Positions 51,533-64,000 of a stretch of 64,000 nucleotides of DNA are shown piece after piece; the stretch's first letter is position 1, and every line of letters begins with the position of its first letter. The notes beneath the pieces were generated by a model. It did not search any database and had not been told where the DNA came from. It saw only the letters and a program-made list of their open reading frames with translations. A program made the translations under genes and the position numbers. This DNA comes from Hypanus sabinus (taxonomy: Eukaryota): positions 122,946,001-123,010,000 of the forward strand of contig NC_082707.1 in assembly GCF_030144855.1 (NCBI RefSeq), written 5' to 3'.

Positions 51533-52129
51533 TCTGTAAGGCACTGCTGCTAGTGGGCACTGCCTCTAATTATCTTGCAAAACAACTTAGTGAGTTTATC
51601 TGTGAACCTCATGGAATGTGCAATGTGTTTGGGTGTTGATCTTTCAAGAAATGTGCATTTCCTCCTGCACCAGAGACCACTGCAGCTTTAGAGTATCCTG
51701 GAGGATCCCATGCTCTCCAGTGTAATGCCATTACTCCATTTCCCAGGTCAGTCTCAGTTGAGCGCTGTTTACACTGGAAGCAATGGGAGTAATTTAATTG
51801 TACACTAATTATACAGTTCAATCCTGATTCATGTCAAAATAGTCTTGGGTCATCCCTCTTTATCTTCCCAATCAACATTGGAAACTGTACTGATGATAAT
51901 CCCACTCAATGAATACCACAATCAGGCCTGACTTTAAACATGTCCAACTGCGGTTTGTTTGCTTTCCCAATGTTCACAGATTTCTGATAACAAGTTGTCA
52001 AAATGAGCAAAGTGGGCACTCTGTTAGTGAATCTCTTTCTGTCTATTAGCCCAAAACAATGGCAATAACCTGTATGCATACATCAACTTATCCAACTGCA
52101 GAGAACTGCACTGCCAGTGAGATAATTAG

Positions 52130-52450
52130 GGGCAAATAGCACAGAACGGACTCTTTAGCTTCTGAGTTGTTGCTGACTCTCAAGCACCCATTACTCTAAT
52201 CCTACCCTAAGCCGTTTAATTCTCCAAATGTTCCCATCAAGACCCACCAGATTAGATTCTACCACGTGCCAACATACTGGAGACGACTTACAGGAGTCAA
52301 TTAATCCATCAGCCTGCACTTTTTTGAGATGTGGAGAAAATCAGAAGCAATTAGAGAAACCCACATGTTCACTGGGAGAACGTGCAAATTCCACGCAGAC
52401 AGCACCGGACTGAACTGAGGTCTCTGGAACTGAGGTAGCAGTGATGCTGG
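52130..52450 (-). mobile_element. Degenerate V-SINE
   Basis: cactgggagaacgtgcaaattccacgcagacagcacc V-domain reverse complement. Confidence 0.65.
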
Positions 52451-55400
52451 CTACTAGCTTAGGTGTTTGCATTTGAGATCCAACAGCAATGAGAAGAATG
52501 GCTAAATAATTAGTTTTGGCAGTAATATATGAATACAGAAGCTGACAACACAAGAGGAAGTCTTCCATTTCTTTGCCCTATGTCCGTCTCATCCAGATAA
52601 TGGAAGCTGAGTGTATGGACTCATTGGAAAGGCTGCATCTCCAGTAGTTGACATTAAACATGAACTAGATGATAAACTCAAATTCTGGAGAAGCGGTTGA
52701 ATCTGTAACTATCGCTAATGGAAGAGCACGTGCATTAGAATGTTGCGACAGCTTTTTCAAACAACTGGGCCAATGATCTATTGGCATCAACAAAGACTAA
52801 TGGCACAGAGGGTGCCTGCGAGGACTTCTGATTCAGTGTCCATCATTCCAGCTTAATGCTCCCAGGATAATTCATTGCTGAATGAATTACCAATGTGGCT
52901 AATCAGTTATGGTCTGCAATCCGAGTGCTGGCAAGTTTATAGTTCACTGATCAATATTACTGATGTATCAGTTGGGTGTACTTGATAGCATATTCTTGGT
53001 ACACAGTCTCTCAGCAAATCCACACTGAAATCTGCAGCATAAACATGTCAATGGGAAATGTGCAACCCTACTCCCCAAAAACCATCAACTAGAGGGTAAA
53101 TTTAGAGTCACACAGCAGGGAAATAGCCCCTTTGACTCACTGACCATCAAACACCCTTTTACACTAAACACAGTTATTGAGGACCGGTTTACAAAGATAC
53201 ATCCAAAAGGCAGGTAGAATTCTTTCCTTACATCTTTGTCAAGTTTGTGCATTCTCCTTCCCCAAATAGGAGTCCAGATGAAGGGTTTCAATCTGAAATA
53301 TCTACTGTCCACTTTCCCCTGTAGATGTGGTCTGACCTGCCGGGTCTCTCTAATTCTTTGTATGTTTATCTCACACCTGCGTGCATTACTGAATGCAATC
53401 CTGCAAAAATATATCCCTGATACTATTTTTGTAGGGATTGCCGTGCAATTTCATACCAGCAATATATGTACAGTATAGTGAAATAAGACCATAGAAGCTG
53501 ATTGTTCTTCCTCAGTGAAATCTGTTGGCGATGTCCTGAGGTACGAAGAATTTCCACAGAAGGAAGATAGAAGATACAGATTTAGCATAATTTTGGGGAG
53601 CCCAGGGAATAATAGATATTCACTCCATGTTTTTTGCTAACTTTGTTACACAGCTGTCATTTGGAAGATCGCTAACAGTTGAAAGTAAACTTCCAATTGA
53701 CAGTTTTAGTTTCTGGTTGTAAAATGAAATCAATTTTCAGTTCTTAAAACACATAACTGAAAAGCAGTAGGCAGCTTGAAGTTAAGTGCATAACTTTGCA
53801 AACAAGCCATGTATTTTGCAGAAACTCTATCTGTGTAGAAGCAGACGTTAGTGACTGCACCAATGGTTTCTAGAGATGCAGTATACAACAATGGGTTGCT
53901 TAATTTTGGTTGTTTCAAACAAACAAGCTGACCCTTAAGTTGCTTAGCTCAAGGAAGTTAGATTTACAGCGTTAATTGTGAACTGCGAAGCTGAGGTATA
54001 TGCCTCCAAAATGTTTTTAGACCAATTGTATTAAAAGGACATCTGAGGAAAAGGATATCATGTATTTATTAAGTCACATGTGGTAGAAAAGGGGTATAAA
54101 TATAGAGAGCAGTTCTGCATTATTAAAGTATGGAAAAAACAAGGGGAGAATGAAAATCCATTCCTCCAGTGTCGTTTTCTGCAACAGATGATTTGTTAGT
54201 CTGGATTGTGGTTTTTTTAGTTTATAGGAATTGTATGTGTGTTTTGGAAATCTTTTGTGTTTGAAAAATGATTTGTGCTTTGTATTTTGTGCTTTGTTTT
54301 AGAAATGGTTTGTAGTTTGGAAATGTTTATAATGTTTCAAGATTCAAGATCCTGATTCAGTAATTCAAGATAGAAATCTGCAAGAATTGGGAAATGTTTA
54401 GGATAGAAAACCTCTAAGTTTTAAAGATGTTTTAAGAGTATTGTCTGGATTTAAACACATCTCTGTAAATAAATTGTGTTTTAACCTACTTTGTTAGTTA
54501 GAAACATCTTCTCCTTGGTAGGGAGGGGGACCCCACCACTCAAGTAGTGGCTAATGGCACTGTAGACAGTAAAAAGTAAACTAGCTTTTGAAGATCAAAT
54601 AGTTACAGTATAATCTCTCAATGAGTGTACTCATAGCTATCTATATCGAATAGGGTTAAGATCTTTGAGTTTAGAAGTTTGTCGTCAGCAAACCTAATTC
54701 CATCACAGGAGCTGTGATCATGTATTAATCCACTGGCTGAAGCAGATTCACTTTCAAATGGAAGTTGTTCTTTTTCCTTTCAAAAAGTGAAAGGCCAATG
54801 AGAATGGAACAGGGGATTAGAATAAAATCTTGCATCTAGGGTCCTACTAATAGCAATGAGAATAATGGTCAAGTCTCACTTTGAAAGAGCTGGCACCAGT
54901 TTACATGGATTCTCTGATACCTGGCCACCTCGCTGAACATTTCAGCATTATGGTCTTCACGCTTTGGTTATCAGGATTGAGTTTTAATGCAGTCATCTCC
55001 TCATCCTTCCCCATGATCCAGCTGAGTGATCTGCATTTCCAAGTTTTTCTCCATCCCATCAGAGAATTATGATGAGTAGTTTCCCACCCTTGAAAGTTTG
55101 CCTCTGGTGTTTCAAAGGGTTAATCCGTGGGTCAGACCCATCTTCAACCACATTCTGTTCCTTTGGTGCGTTCATCCACAACAGCATTTTCCATATGTAC
55201 ATTGTTAATATCTGGTTTGGTCATGTAACAAGCCTTCTTGACTCCTCCACTCTCTAAATGGTCACACCTTCTGACATTCACTGTGAGCATTAACTGCAAC
55301 AAAGTTCTGGAAGACTGCAACCTCACCTATAGTTCTTCTCCTTTCCATAGACTCAGCGTATCTCTTTGACTACTGCTCTAAATGAAACAATTTATTCTCA

Positions 55401-56289
55401 TTCTCAGTGTGATATTTGACCTGCGGGAAGTTGTAGTCTATGTATCCATACCAACCACTTCTTCACAAGTGACTGATAAAACTGGACTCCAGAAACCTGA
55501 AAAGCAAAAAAAATTCTGAAAAATAAAACCCAGCAGGTCAGGCGGTATCAGAGAAACATTCATGTAGCTGATCCCTCAGAAATGAGAAAGATCTTTCTCA
55601 GTTCTGCCGACAGGTCTTCATCTTGAAACATGAAATATATCTTTCCTTTTCCTGCAAGTTATGTTGCCCAAATCGACACTGCAGGAACAAGGCTCAGACA
55701 TCAGAGCACTGCCTAATACAAGCTTGGAGATACAACTTCATACTCCTGATTCCAGCAGTACTGGCTGCTTACCGAATGTTGAACCTGTAATACTACGAAT
55801 CAGTTCAACAACACTCTTCACAGAATTCACTGCAAGTGTGATTGCAACTCAGATGTCAAGTCTCAATAGATTGCCCAACAGAGCAAACCAGTTCAAGAGG
55901 TTACCTCACACCAGCAGATATGTGTGAAAATAACCTAGACTTTCAAAAGTCCTGGGAGTCTTTATAAGTTTGCATAGAGATGCAGAAATCAGTGAGTTGT
56001 GGGTCTCAGTGCCACTCCAGAGAGAGAGAGCAGGAGGAAGAAGGTTCTTAAAGAGCTTGATGGCTTCTGGTGAGATCGCATTACTTGACAGGAGAACTTT
56101 GGACCTTACTTTTAAATTGGCAACTGGGGATTGAATTGAGTAAATTTACTTACACTCAAGCAACCTTTGGAATACCCCATCTTAGATTTTTGAACCTCAG
56201 TTGGTATATACAGTAATGTTTGCCTGGGAAAGTGTATTTGATGTAAAACACGAGTAATGTTGTTGAATAGCATAAAAGGCTTGGGGTCA

Positions 56290-56790
56290 TTGGAGTTCAG
56301 TCATACAGCATTGGGCACTGCATTCTAATTAGTCCATGCCAACAAAATGCCCATCTAGGTTTGTCCCACTTGCCTGCATTTGGCCTATCTCCCTCTCTAA
56401 ATCTTTCCTATCCATGTACCTGTCCAAAATTATTTTAAATATTGTTGTTGTACCCGCTTCAGCTACTTTCTATGGCAGCTTGCTCCATACACCCAATACC
56501 CTCAGGTCCTTTATAAATATCTCCTTTAGTTTTTGGTCCTCATTTTGGTTCACATAAAGTCTACATACATTTGCCTTGTATAGGACCGTCCAGAGTTTAT
56601 ACTTATTAAAGTCGCCACTCAGTCTCCTAACCTCCAGGAAATAAAGTCGTAGCCAGACAACCTCTCACTATAACCCAAGCCCTTGAGATCTGGCATTATT
56701 CCTGTAAAGCTCTGCACTCTTTTCAACTTAATGGCATCTTTCCTACAACAGGGTGACCAGAAACGTACACAATACTCTGGGTGTGGCCTT
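56290..56790 (-). mobile_element. CR1 3' fragment
   Basis: RPHPEYCVRFWSPCCRKDAIKLKRVQ. Confidence 0.8.
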
Positions 56791-57839
56791 GCTCTTCCCT
56801 GCTCGAATTCCCACGTTGTTGGAGTAGATCCATTCAGCCCTCCATCCCTGGGCTGTGAAGGATCAGATTGATTGTGAGTACGTTTACATAAGTTGGCTTT
56901 ACACTCTGTGCTGAAAGGCCCATACTGTGCTGTGCCATTCAATGGTCTATGTTCAACATCTGCTCTAATGATCAAAAAGATCATGATTAATTTGCACCTC
57001 TGTGCCACCTTCCTTCACACATTCCACATTCCTTATCTTTTTAGTATCCAAAAATCTCAAAGAATATATTAATTGACTAGATTTGTATGAAGGCAGTACC
57101 ACATTGTTAGACATGCTGCTTTATGGGTGAAACACACAGTAAAACCAGGCCACTTCTACTCTGAGAATGATGTAAAGAATTTGATTTTCTTTTCATGGTG
57201 TATACTCGCAGGACTGGATCCAAACGGTGAGGAGTGGCAGGCTCTCTCTGTCACAGCAGTTGCTGGCACCGACACAACCTGGGTTTGGTGGAAGGTAGCC
57301 TCAGTCATGGGGAGCGCTGACAACAACTCTACCCCAAGAATGGAAGCCATCAGGTTCCCCATGAAGAGATAGAAACAAGAGGTTAGGCATAAGAATACCA
57401 ACAGAGCCTCAGAGGAATGACTGAGTGACTCCATGAAACCAATCATTCTTTCCAACGCAATGACTCCATTAAGCCACTAAACAGGAGTCCTCTTTAAGTA
57501 ATCATAGGATTCAGGAAACCCGTGCCAGTCACAAATAACTGACTGGATTGTTCTGAAAGCAAAGGGCTTAACAACTCTTATTAAGACAACAATTATTAAA
57601 TACAGATGCTCAAGAAACCTAGAAGCTCAATGCTGTACGGCAAGGCGCAGAGGTCTGCAGGCTTATGACAATTCTAGGCATCATCAAGCATGACATCTAC
57701 AGTTCATTTGATTATTACTACATTACTATGTTAGACCTTGCCTTGCATGGTTTAGATAATATATTCCCACGTTAAAATAATGGGAAAAACCACAACCTTT
57801 TTATGTGGCTGTAACTCACTTCGGGGTTTTCTGATGTCG

Positions 57840-58400
57840 CCAAGATATGAGGGAAGTTTAAACCTATTTTTAGAGCATCAGGAGCTGAGGGGAACCAGAC
57901 TGAAGTTTCCTAAATTTTGAGGGGCATAAACAAAGTGGATAAACTTTTTTTTCTCCCCCAGGGTGAAGATGTCAAATATGAGCGAGCATAGCTTTAAGAT
58001 GAGAGGGAAAGTTTAAAGGAGATTTACGGCGCAAGGGTTTTACAGAGAGTGGTAGGTACCTGGAATGTGTTGAACATACAACATTGAATGATACAGCACA
58101 GTATGGGCCTTTTGGCACACAGTGTTGTACCGACTTGTATATGCTTATTCCATGATTAATCTGACCCTTCACTCCTACATAGCCCAGATGTGAGGGGGTG
58201 AATGGGTTACTCCAACAAAGTGGGAATTGGAGTAGGGAAGGGTATGGCCACACCTAGAGTATTGTGTCCATTTCTGGTGGTATGGAAGCAGAAATGATAG
58301 CAATGTATAAGAGGCATTTAGGTAGGCATTTGAACAGATATGGATCAGGTGCAAGCAGCTGGGATAAATTTAATTTGGCATCATGGCATCTCAGTGTAAA
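57840..58400 (+). mobile_element. Degenerate CR1 3' fragments
   Basis: gcatagctttaagatgagagggaaagtttaaaggagattta CR1 C-terminus. Confidence 0.6.
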
Positions 58401-59604
58401 CTTTTCCAGTTTGCTCATTTTATAACCATATAACAATTACAGCATGGAAACAGGCCATCTCGGTCCTTCTAGTCCATGCCGACGCTTACTCTCACCTAGT
58501 TCCACTAGGTCTAACTTCTGCTCAAATCTTATCTGAATTTTAATGCACTTGTATTTCCCCTTCACTGGCTGGATGGACTTGGGAGAAGTAAAAGAGAGTT
58601 GTTAATCAAACAGAATGTTAAATGCACTGGGAACAGCATATTGCAGCCTAATCTGCATTTTACTGGAGCAGGTGTTCAATAGGCAGGGTGTTGACATAGG
58701 AATACTACCTTCAATAGTCTTCTATCAAAGTGCTGAGATAGATAAGTAAAAAAAAAATCTGTCATCTGTTCAAAACAAGTTTACTTCCTTGGTTTCTCTG
58801 AGACACTGTCCTTGCTGTCCAACGATTGAAATTTCACCTCAAGTCGCAGGGTTGCTTTCTTTTCAGACGAATCCCCTGGTAAATGGCAAAGGAGAAATGA
58901 AGAGCTGTTCTTAACCAAGTAATTTATTCAATTGTAAATCTCAGAAGGGAAAACTGAATCAGAAGTTGATGCGATGAAACGTACAGAGTACAAAGGAGAG
59001 GCAGAATGGGTCTAATTGAACAGCTTTGTCAGGGTGTTGGCACAAGGATGATGGGCTGGAAGGCCTCCTGTGGTTTTAAATTTCATGAGGCATTATAGAG
59101 TTTATGCAACAGCATTATTGCATGGCTGAGCCAGCAAGTCTGGGATATGAAGCTCCTGTTGAATTTAACTACAGGAGCTCGTCAAATTGGCTAGAATCCA
59201 GCTATACGAGATAGAGCTGCCAATTGGTGGGGCTCTGTCCACAGTCAGGAGGGTGCAGCTGTTAGGTTTTGGTGAAAGAGAGAGCCAGAGACTGCTATGA
59301 GGAAATGAAGCAATAAGATCATTAGATATAGGAGCAGGATTAGGCCAGCATGTCTGCTCTGCCATTTCATCATGGCTGATCCAATTTTATCATAAGTTGG
59401 CTCGGTTGGTTTATTATTTTCTCATGTACACAGTACCGTGAAAAGCTGTCTTCCATATTGTTCATACAGATCAATTTATCAGTGCATTGAGGTTGTACAA
59501 GGTAACACAATAACAAACTGCACAATGAACTGTTAGTTACAGGGAAAGTGCTCTGCAGACAGCCAGAAAGTGTAACATCACAATGTAGATTGTGAGGTCA
59601 ACAG

Positions 59605-61915
59605 TCATAAGGAATAGGAGCAGGAGTAGGCCATCCGGCCCATCAAGCCATTCAATAAGATCATAGCTGATCTGTCCATAAACTCAGCTCCATCTACCTG
59701 CCTTTTCCCTTACTATGTAAAAACCTATCTAACTGTTTCTTAAATAGATTTAGTGAGGAAGCCTCAACTGCTTCCCTGGGCACAGAATTCCACAGATTCG
59801 CCACTCTCTGGGAAAAACAGTTTCTCCTCATCTCTGTCCTAAATCTTCTCCCCTGAATCTTGAGGCAATGCCCCTAGTTCTAGTCTCGACTACCAATGGA
59901 AACAACTTTCCTACTTCTATCTTATCTAACCCTTTCAAAATTTTGTATGTTTCTATAAAAACCCCTCTCATTCTTCTGAACTCCAGAGAATAGTCCCAGG
60001 CAACTCAATCTCTCCTCATGGGTTAACCCCTTCATCCCTGGAATCAACCTGGTGAACCTCCTCTACTCTGCCTCCAAAGCCAGTATATCCTTCCTCAAGT
60101 ATGGAGACCAGAACTGCACACAGTACTCCAGGTGTGGCCTCACCAGTACCCTGTATAGTTGCAGCATGACCTCCCTGCTCTTGAATTCAATCCCTCCAGC
60201 AATAAAGGCCAACATTCCATTTGCCTTCTTAATAACCTGTTGTACCTGCAAGCCAACTTTTTGCAACTCATGAACAAGCACTCCTAAGTCCCTCTGCACA
60301 ACAGCGTGCTGCAATCTTTCTCCATTTAAATAATAATCTGCTCTTCTATTATTCCTTCCAAAGAGGATGATCTGGCATTTATCAATGTTGTATTCCATCT
60401 GCCAGACCTTGGCCCACTCACTTAACCTATCTATGTCCCTCTGCAGACTCTCTCCACATCTTCTGTACAATTTGCTTTTCCACTCAGTTTAATGTCATCA
60501 GCAAATTTTGCTACACTACACTCAGTTCCCTCTTCCAAATCATCAATGTAAATGGTAAACAGCTGCAGGCCCAGCACCAACCCCTGCGGCACCCCACTCA
60601 CCATTGACTGCCAACTGGAAAAGCACCAATTAATACCACTCTCTGCCTTCTATTGGTTAACCAATCCACTATCCATGTCAATACACTTCCTCCGACTCCA
60701 TGCATCTGAACCTTATTTAGAAGTCTCTTGTGTGACACCTTATCGAACGCCTTCTGGAAATCCAAGTATATAACATCCACCTTTTCCCCTCTATCCACTG
60801 CACTCATTATGTCCTCAAAGAACTCCAGTAAGTTTGTCAAACAGGACCTGCCCTTTCTGAATCCATGCTGCATCTGTCTAATGGAACCTCTCCTTCTAAA
60901 TGTTTTGCTATTTCTTCCTTAATAATAGCTTCAAGCATTTTCTCAACTACAGATGTTAAGCTAACTGGCCTATAGTTGCCTGTCTTTTGTCTACATCCTT
61001 TTTTAAAAAGCAGCGTGACATTTGCTGTCTTCCAATCCGCTGGAACCTGCCCAGACTCTAGAGAATTTTGATAAATGATTACCAACCAGATTTACTATAA
61101 CCTCCGTCAATTCCTTCAACACCCTGGGATGTATCCCATCAGGACCAGGGGACTTATCTACCTTCAGGCCTTCTTTAGTGACAGTGATTTTATCAAGGTC
61201 CTCACCTCCCATTTCATCCATACATTCTTCTTTGGCATATTAGTTAAGTCCTCCACCATGAAGAATGACACAAAATAGTCATTCAGTGTCTCAGCCATTT
61301 CCTTATCACTCAATATCAATTTCCCCTTATCATCTTCCAAGGGACCTACATTGACTTTAGCCACCCTCTTCCACTTTATATATTTATAAAAACTTTTGCT
61401 ATCTGTTTTTATATTTTACACTAATTTACTTTCATACTCTATCTTCCCTATCCTTATTTCTTGTTCTTTGTTGCTTTTTAAAGTTTTTCCAATCCTCCAG
61501 TCTCCCACTACTCTTTGCAACTTTGTACACGAGCTTTTAATTTGACACTATCTTTCATTTCCTTAGTTATCCAAGGCTGGCTGTCCCCGCAATTACTGTC
61601 CTTACTTTTGACTGGAATATACTTTTGTTGAGCACTGTGAAAAATCTCTTTGAAAATATTCCACTGTTCCTCAACTGTCCTGCTAAATAGCCTGTGTTCC
61701 CAATCCACATTAGCCAAATCCACCCTCATTCCATTGTAGTCTCCCTTGTTCGAGCATAACACACTAGTTTTAGATCGATTTCATCCTCCATCTGAATGCA
61801 AAATTCAATCATACTATGATCACTCTTTCCAAGAGGATCCCTGACTATAAGATCGTTAATCTTGCCTGTCTCATTGCACAAGACTAGATCTTAGATAGTA
61901 TTTTCTTTTATAGGT
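59605..61915 (-). mobile_element. 5'-truncated CR1/HER1-type LINE (EN end, RT, 3' UTR), disrupted
   Basis: VDKSPGPDGIHPRVLKE, NYRPVSLTS, QHGFRKGRSCLTNLLEFFE, KFADD, RPHLEYCVQFWSP. Confidence 0.95.
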
Positions 61916-62989
61916 TCATAATACTCGAGAACCATTCAATAGTTCTACAATGATAGGATAGAAGCTATTGTATTCTCCTTTGACTGATCTCCTCCACATG
62001 CCTCACATCTTCAAAAGGCATGAAGATTAGTAGCTTATTTGGTGTGGAAAATTTCACCTAATATGGAAGTGAGTGGCAGGATCTGGAGGGAGGTGATGGA
62101 AATGCGGGAAGAATAAAGTAGGGTGAATAGTGAAAATGGGTCTTTCTTGGTTGGCAGGTGGTGAGTAATTGTATGAGCAGCTGGTGCATATCACATGTCC
62201 TGGTTCTGTGACCACTGATGCCAGGCAGACAATCTTTGAAGAGTATTGATAATGGCTGGGCTCACCCATCTTGTAAGGTCAATGGTAAACCACTTTTGTA
62301 GAAATATTTGCCAAGAACAATAATGGTCATGTATAGAGGTTAAAAAAAATAGAACAACAGTGTGAAAGGGGTCTTCAGATTAAAGATGGATGTAAGACCA
62401 TGATCATCCATGCCATATGACACAGTAAATAATAACAATAGATTCACTGGGCTAAAGGACCTAATTCCATGCAACAGATCTCTTACAGGGCTGAGGTATC
62501 CATTCATCAGATGTGGGTTTTTTCGTGCTCTTGTTTGCCACTTACTAAATGAGTTTCTGAACTCTGCTTCCTCCTCCAGCTCTCCAAGTAATTCGGAGCA
62601 AAGCAGGCATACTCACTCACCTGATGAAATCAGGGAGTCGTTATCTCTGGTCCCTTTGACAAGCCTCTGACAATCAGTTGGATGACTCTGAATCTAGGTT
62701 CCAGCTGTAAGAGTAACAGAATCAAAGCAGAAACTGCTGCAAACACTCAAAAAAAAAAGTATGGCTAACCGCCCTGTCCTAATGAATCTTTCCAGCATTT
62801 CTGGTTCTATTTTGAACTCCCAGCATCGGCATTTTTGTTTTGCAAGATTATTTAAGGCCTAAGTAAATTGTTCATATCAGTCAGGTATGCCACAAAGGTG
62901 GCTGGTATTTCAACTGGAACCGTCACGCTGGTATGTGATTCCTGCGATAAAGCAGATGGAATTGTAGGTTGGAAAGCCTTAGTCAACAC

Positions 62990-63365
62990 CTGCATACAAA
63001 TTCACACGGTTACTCAAATTCATGCACACATATGTGCACTCGCCATTGTACACATATACATATGCACACACATACTTACAGAAAGGACTTGACATGTACA
63101 CCTAGACAGGTAGTCATATTCACACAATATACACATGCTTGCAAATGCACAAACACAAGTCCTACACATACATGTGCACACAGATACACCCCTCCACCTA
63201 GAAGTGTGTGCATGTGCGTGTGCATACGTACGCACACACAGATATACACAGCATAGAAACACAAATGGGTGCATGTATAGTCATGAACATACCCATGTAG
63301 ATAAACACATGAATTTAAGATATGCATGTTTAAACATAAGTATGCATGTGTACACATATGTATGT
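62990..63365. repeat. Degenerate (CA)/(TG) low-complexity tract
   Basis: Direct observation. Confidence 0.8.
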
Positions 63366-63367
63366 TT

Positions 63368-63479
63368 ACACTCAATGACCATTTTATTAGTTACACCTGT
63401 GCACCTGCTCATTAACATAAATATCTAATCAGCCAATCATGTGCCAGCAACTTGATGCATAAAAGCAGCAGATATTGTC
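63368..63479 (+). mobile_element. Tc1-like transposon left end
   Basis: TA + cactcaatgaccattttattagttacacc terminus. Confidence 0.7.
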
Positions 63480-63979
63480 TTTCTTTTTTTTATCAATCTT
63501 ATCAATCTTTTTATTAGTCAAATAAAAAAGTACATGTATATATAAACAAGAGGAGAATTATCACAAATTCTATATCAATAACAATTTGAATAAAAGGAAA
63601 AATAAACATTATCAAGAACAAACATAGTATTAATCTAATAGCATATAATAAAGAGAAAGGTAATTGATTCTCCTCTTATCCATAAAAAAACAAAAAGATA
63701 AAGAAACTTTTATAATTGAAATGTACAGAAAAAAAACCCAAAACACAAAATAAACACAAAAAAAAAGAAGAAAGAACTGAGAGTGAAAGCATTGATCAAA
63801 TCGGAAACTTCAAAAAACATAACTGGAAGGGCCATAAGTCAGAACATATGAAAATATTGAATAAAAGTTCACCAAGTTTCCTCAAATTTAGAGGATGTAT
63901 CAAATGTCCAACTTCTTATTTTCTCTAAACTTAAACAGGACATAATGGAGGTAAGCCAATAAATAACAGTAGGTTATAC
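63480..63979 (-). mobile_element. L1 3' fragment inserted in the Tc1 end
   Basis: WLTSIMSCLSLEKIRSWTF matches the ORF2 C-terminus of the L1 at 7496-8188; T-run at the left; duplication acttgatgcataaaagca / actcgatgcataaaagca. Confidence 0.88.
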
Positions 63980-64000
63980 ACTCGATGCATAAAAGCATGC

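Noticed and set aside
54090-54420. TATA-like ggggtataaata followed by degenerate tttggaaatgttt repeats.
   Set aside because: Isolated motif in AT-rich low-complexity DNA with no downstream gene evidence.
62868-63428. His/Thr/Cys-rich ORFs.
   Set aside because: Translation artefacts of the CA/TG low-complexity tract.

Overview
Eukaryotic, repeat-dominated, intergenic or intronic-looking window. The repeat content (HER1/CR1-type LINEs, V-SINEs, Penelope-like elements, Rex1/Babar, L1) points to a cartilaginous fish, probably a ray or shark; that assignment is inference. I cannot support any host protein-coding gene, rRNA, tRNA gene or CRISPR array. Nearly all long ORFs are decayed TE fragments: CR1, L1, Rex1/Babar, Penelope-like (RT + GIY-YIG), two internally deleted Gypsy elements (one with PNMA-like gag), solo LTRs, Tigger, Tc1/mariner-type MITEs and a hAT remnant, with much nesting. 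The most striking structure is two separate Penelope-like insertions, each made of two 3' arms joined head-to-head as a kb-scale inverted repeat. Each is bounded by a 12-14 bp target-site duplication and carries a minimal hammerhead-ribozyme motif near both outer ends; older miniaturised versions of the same layout also appear. Other notable items: a HERO-like 3' end with a predicted pseudoknot and a 50 bp flanking duplication, an unclassified three-copy repeat with a 189-aa ORF, and a GATA/ETS/RUNX/CRE motif cluster in unique DNA. All family names come from motif recognition, not database searches.
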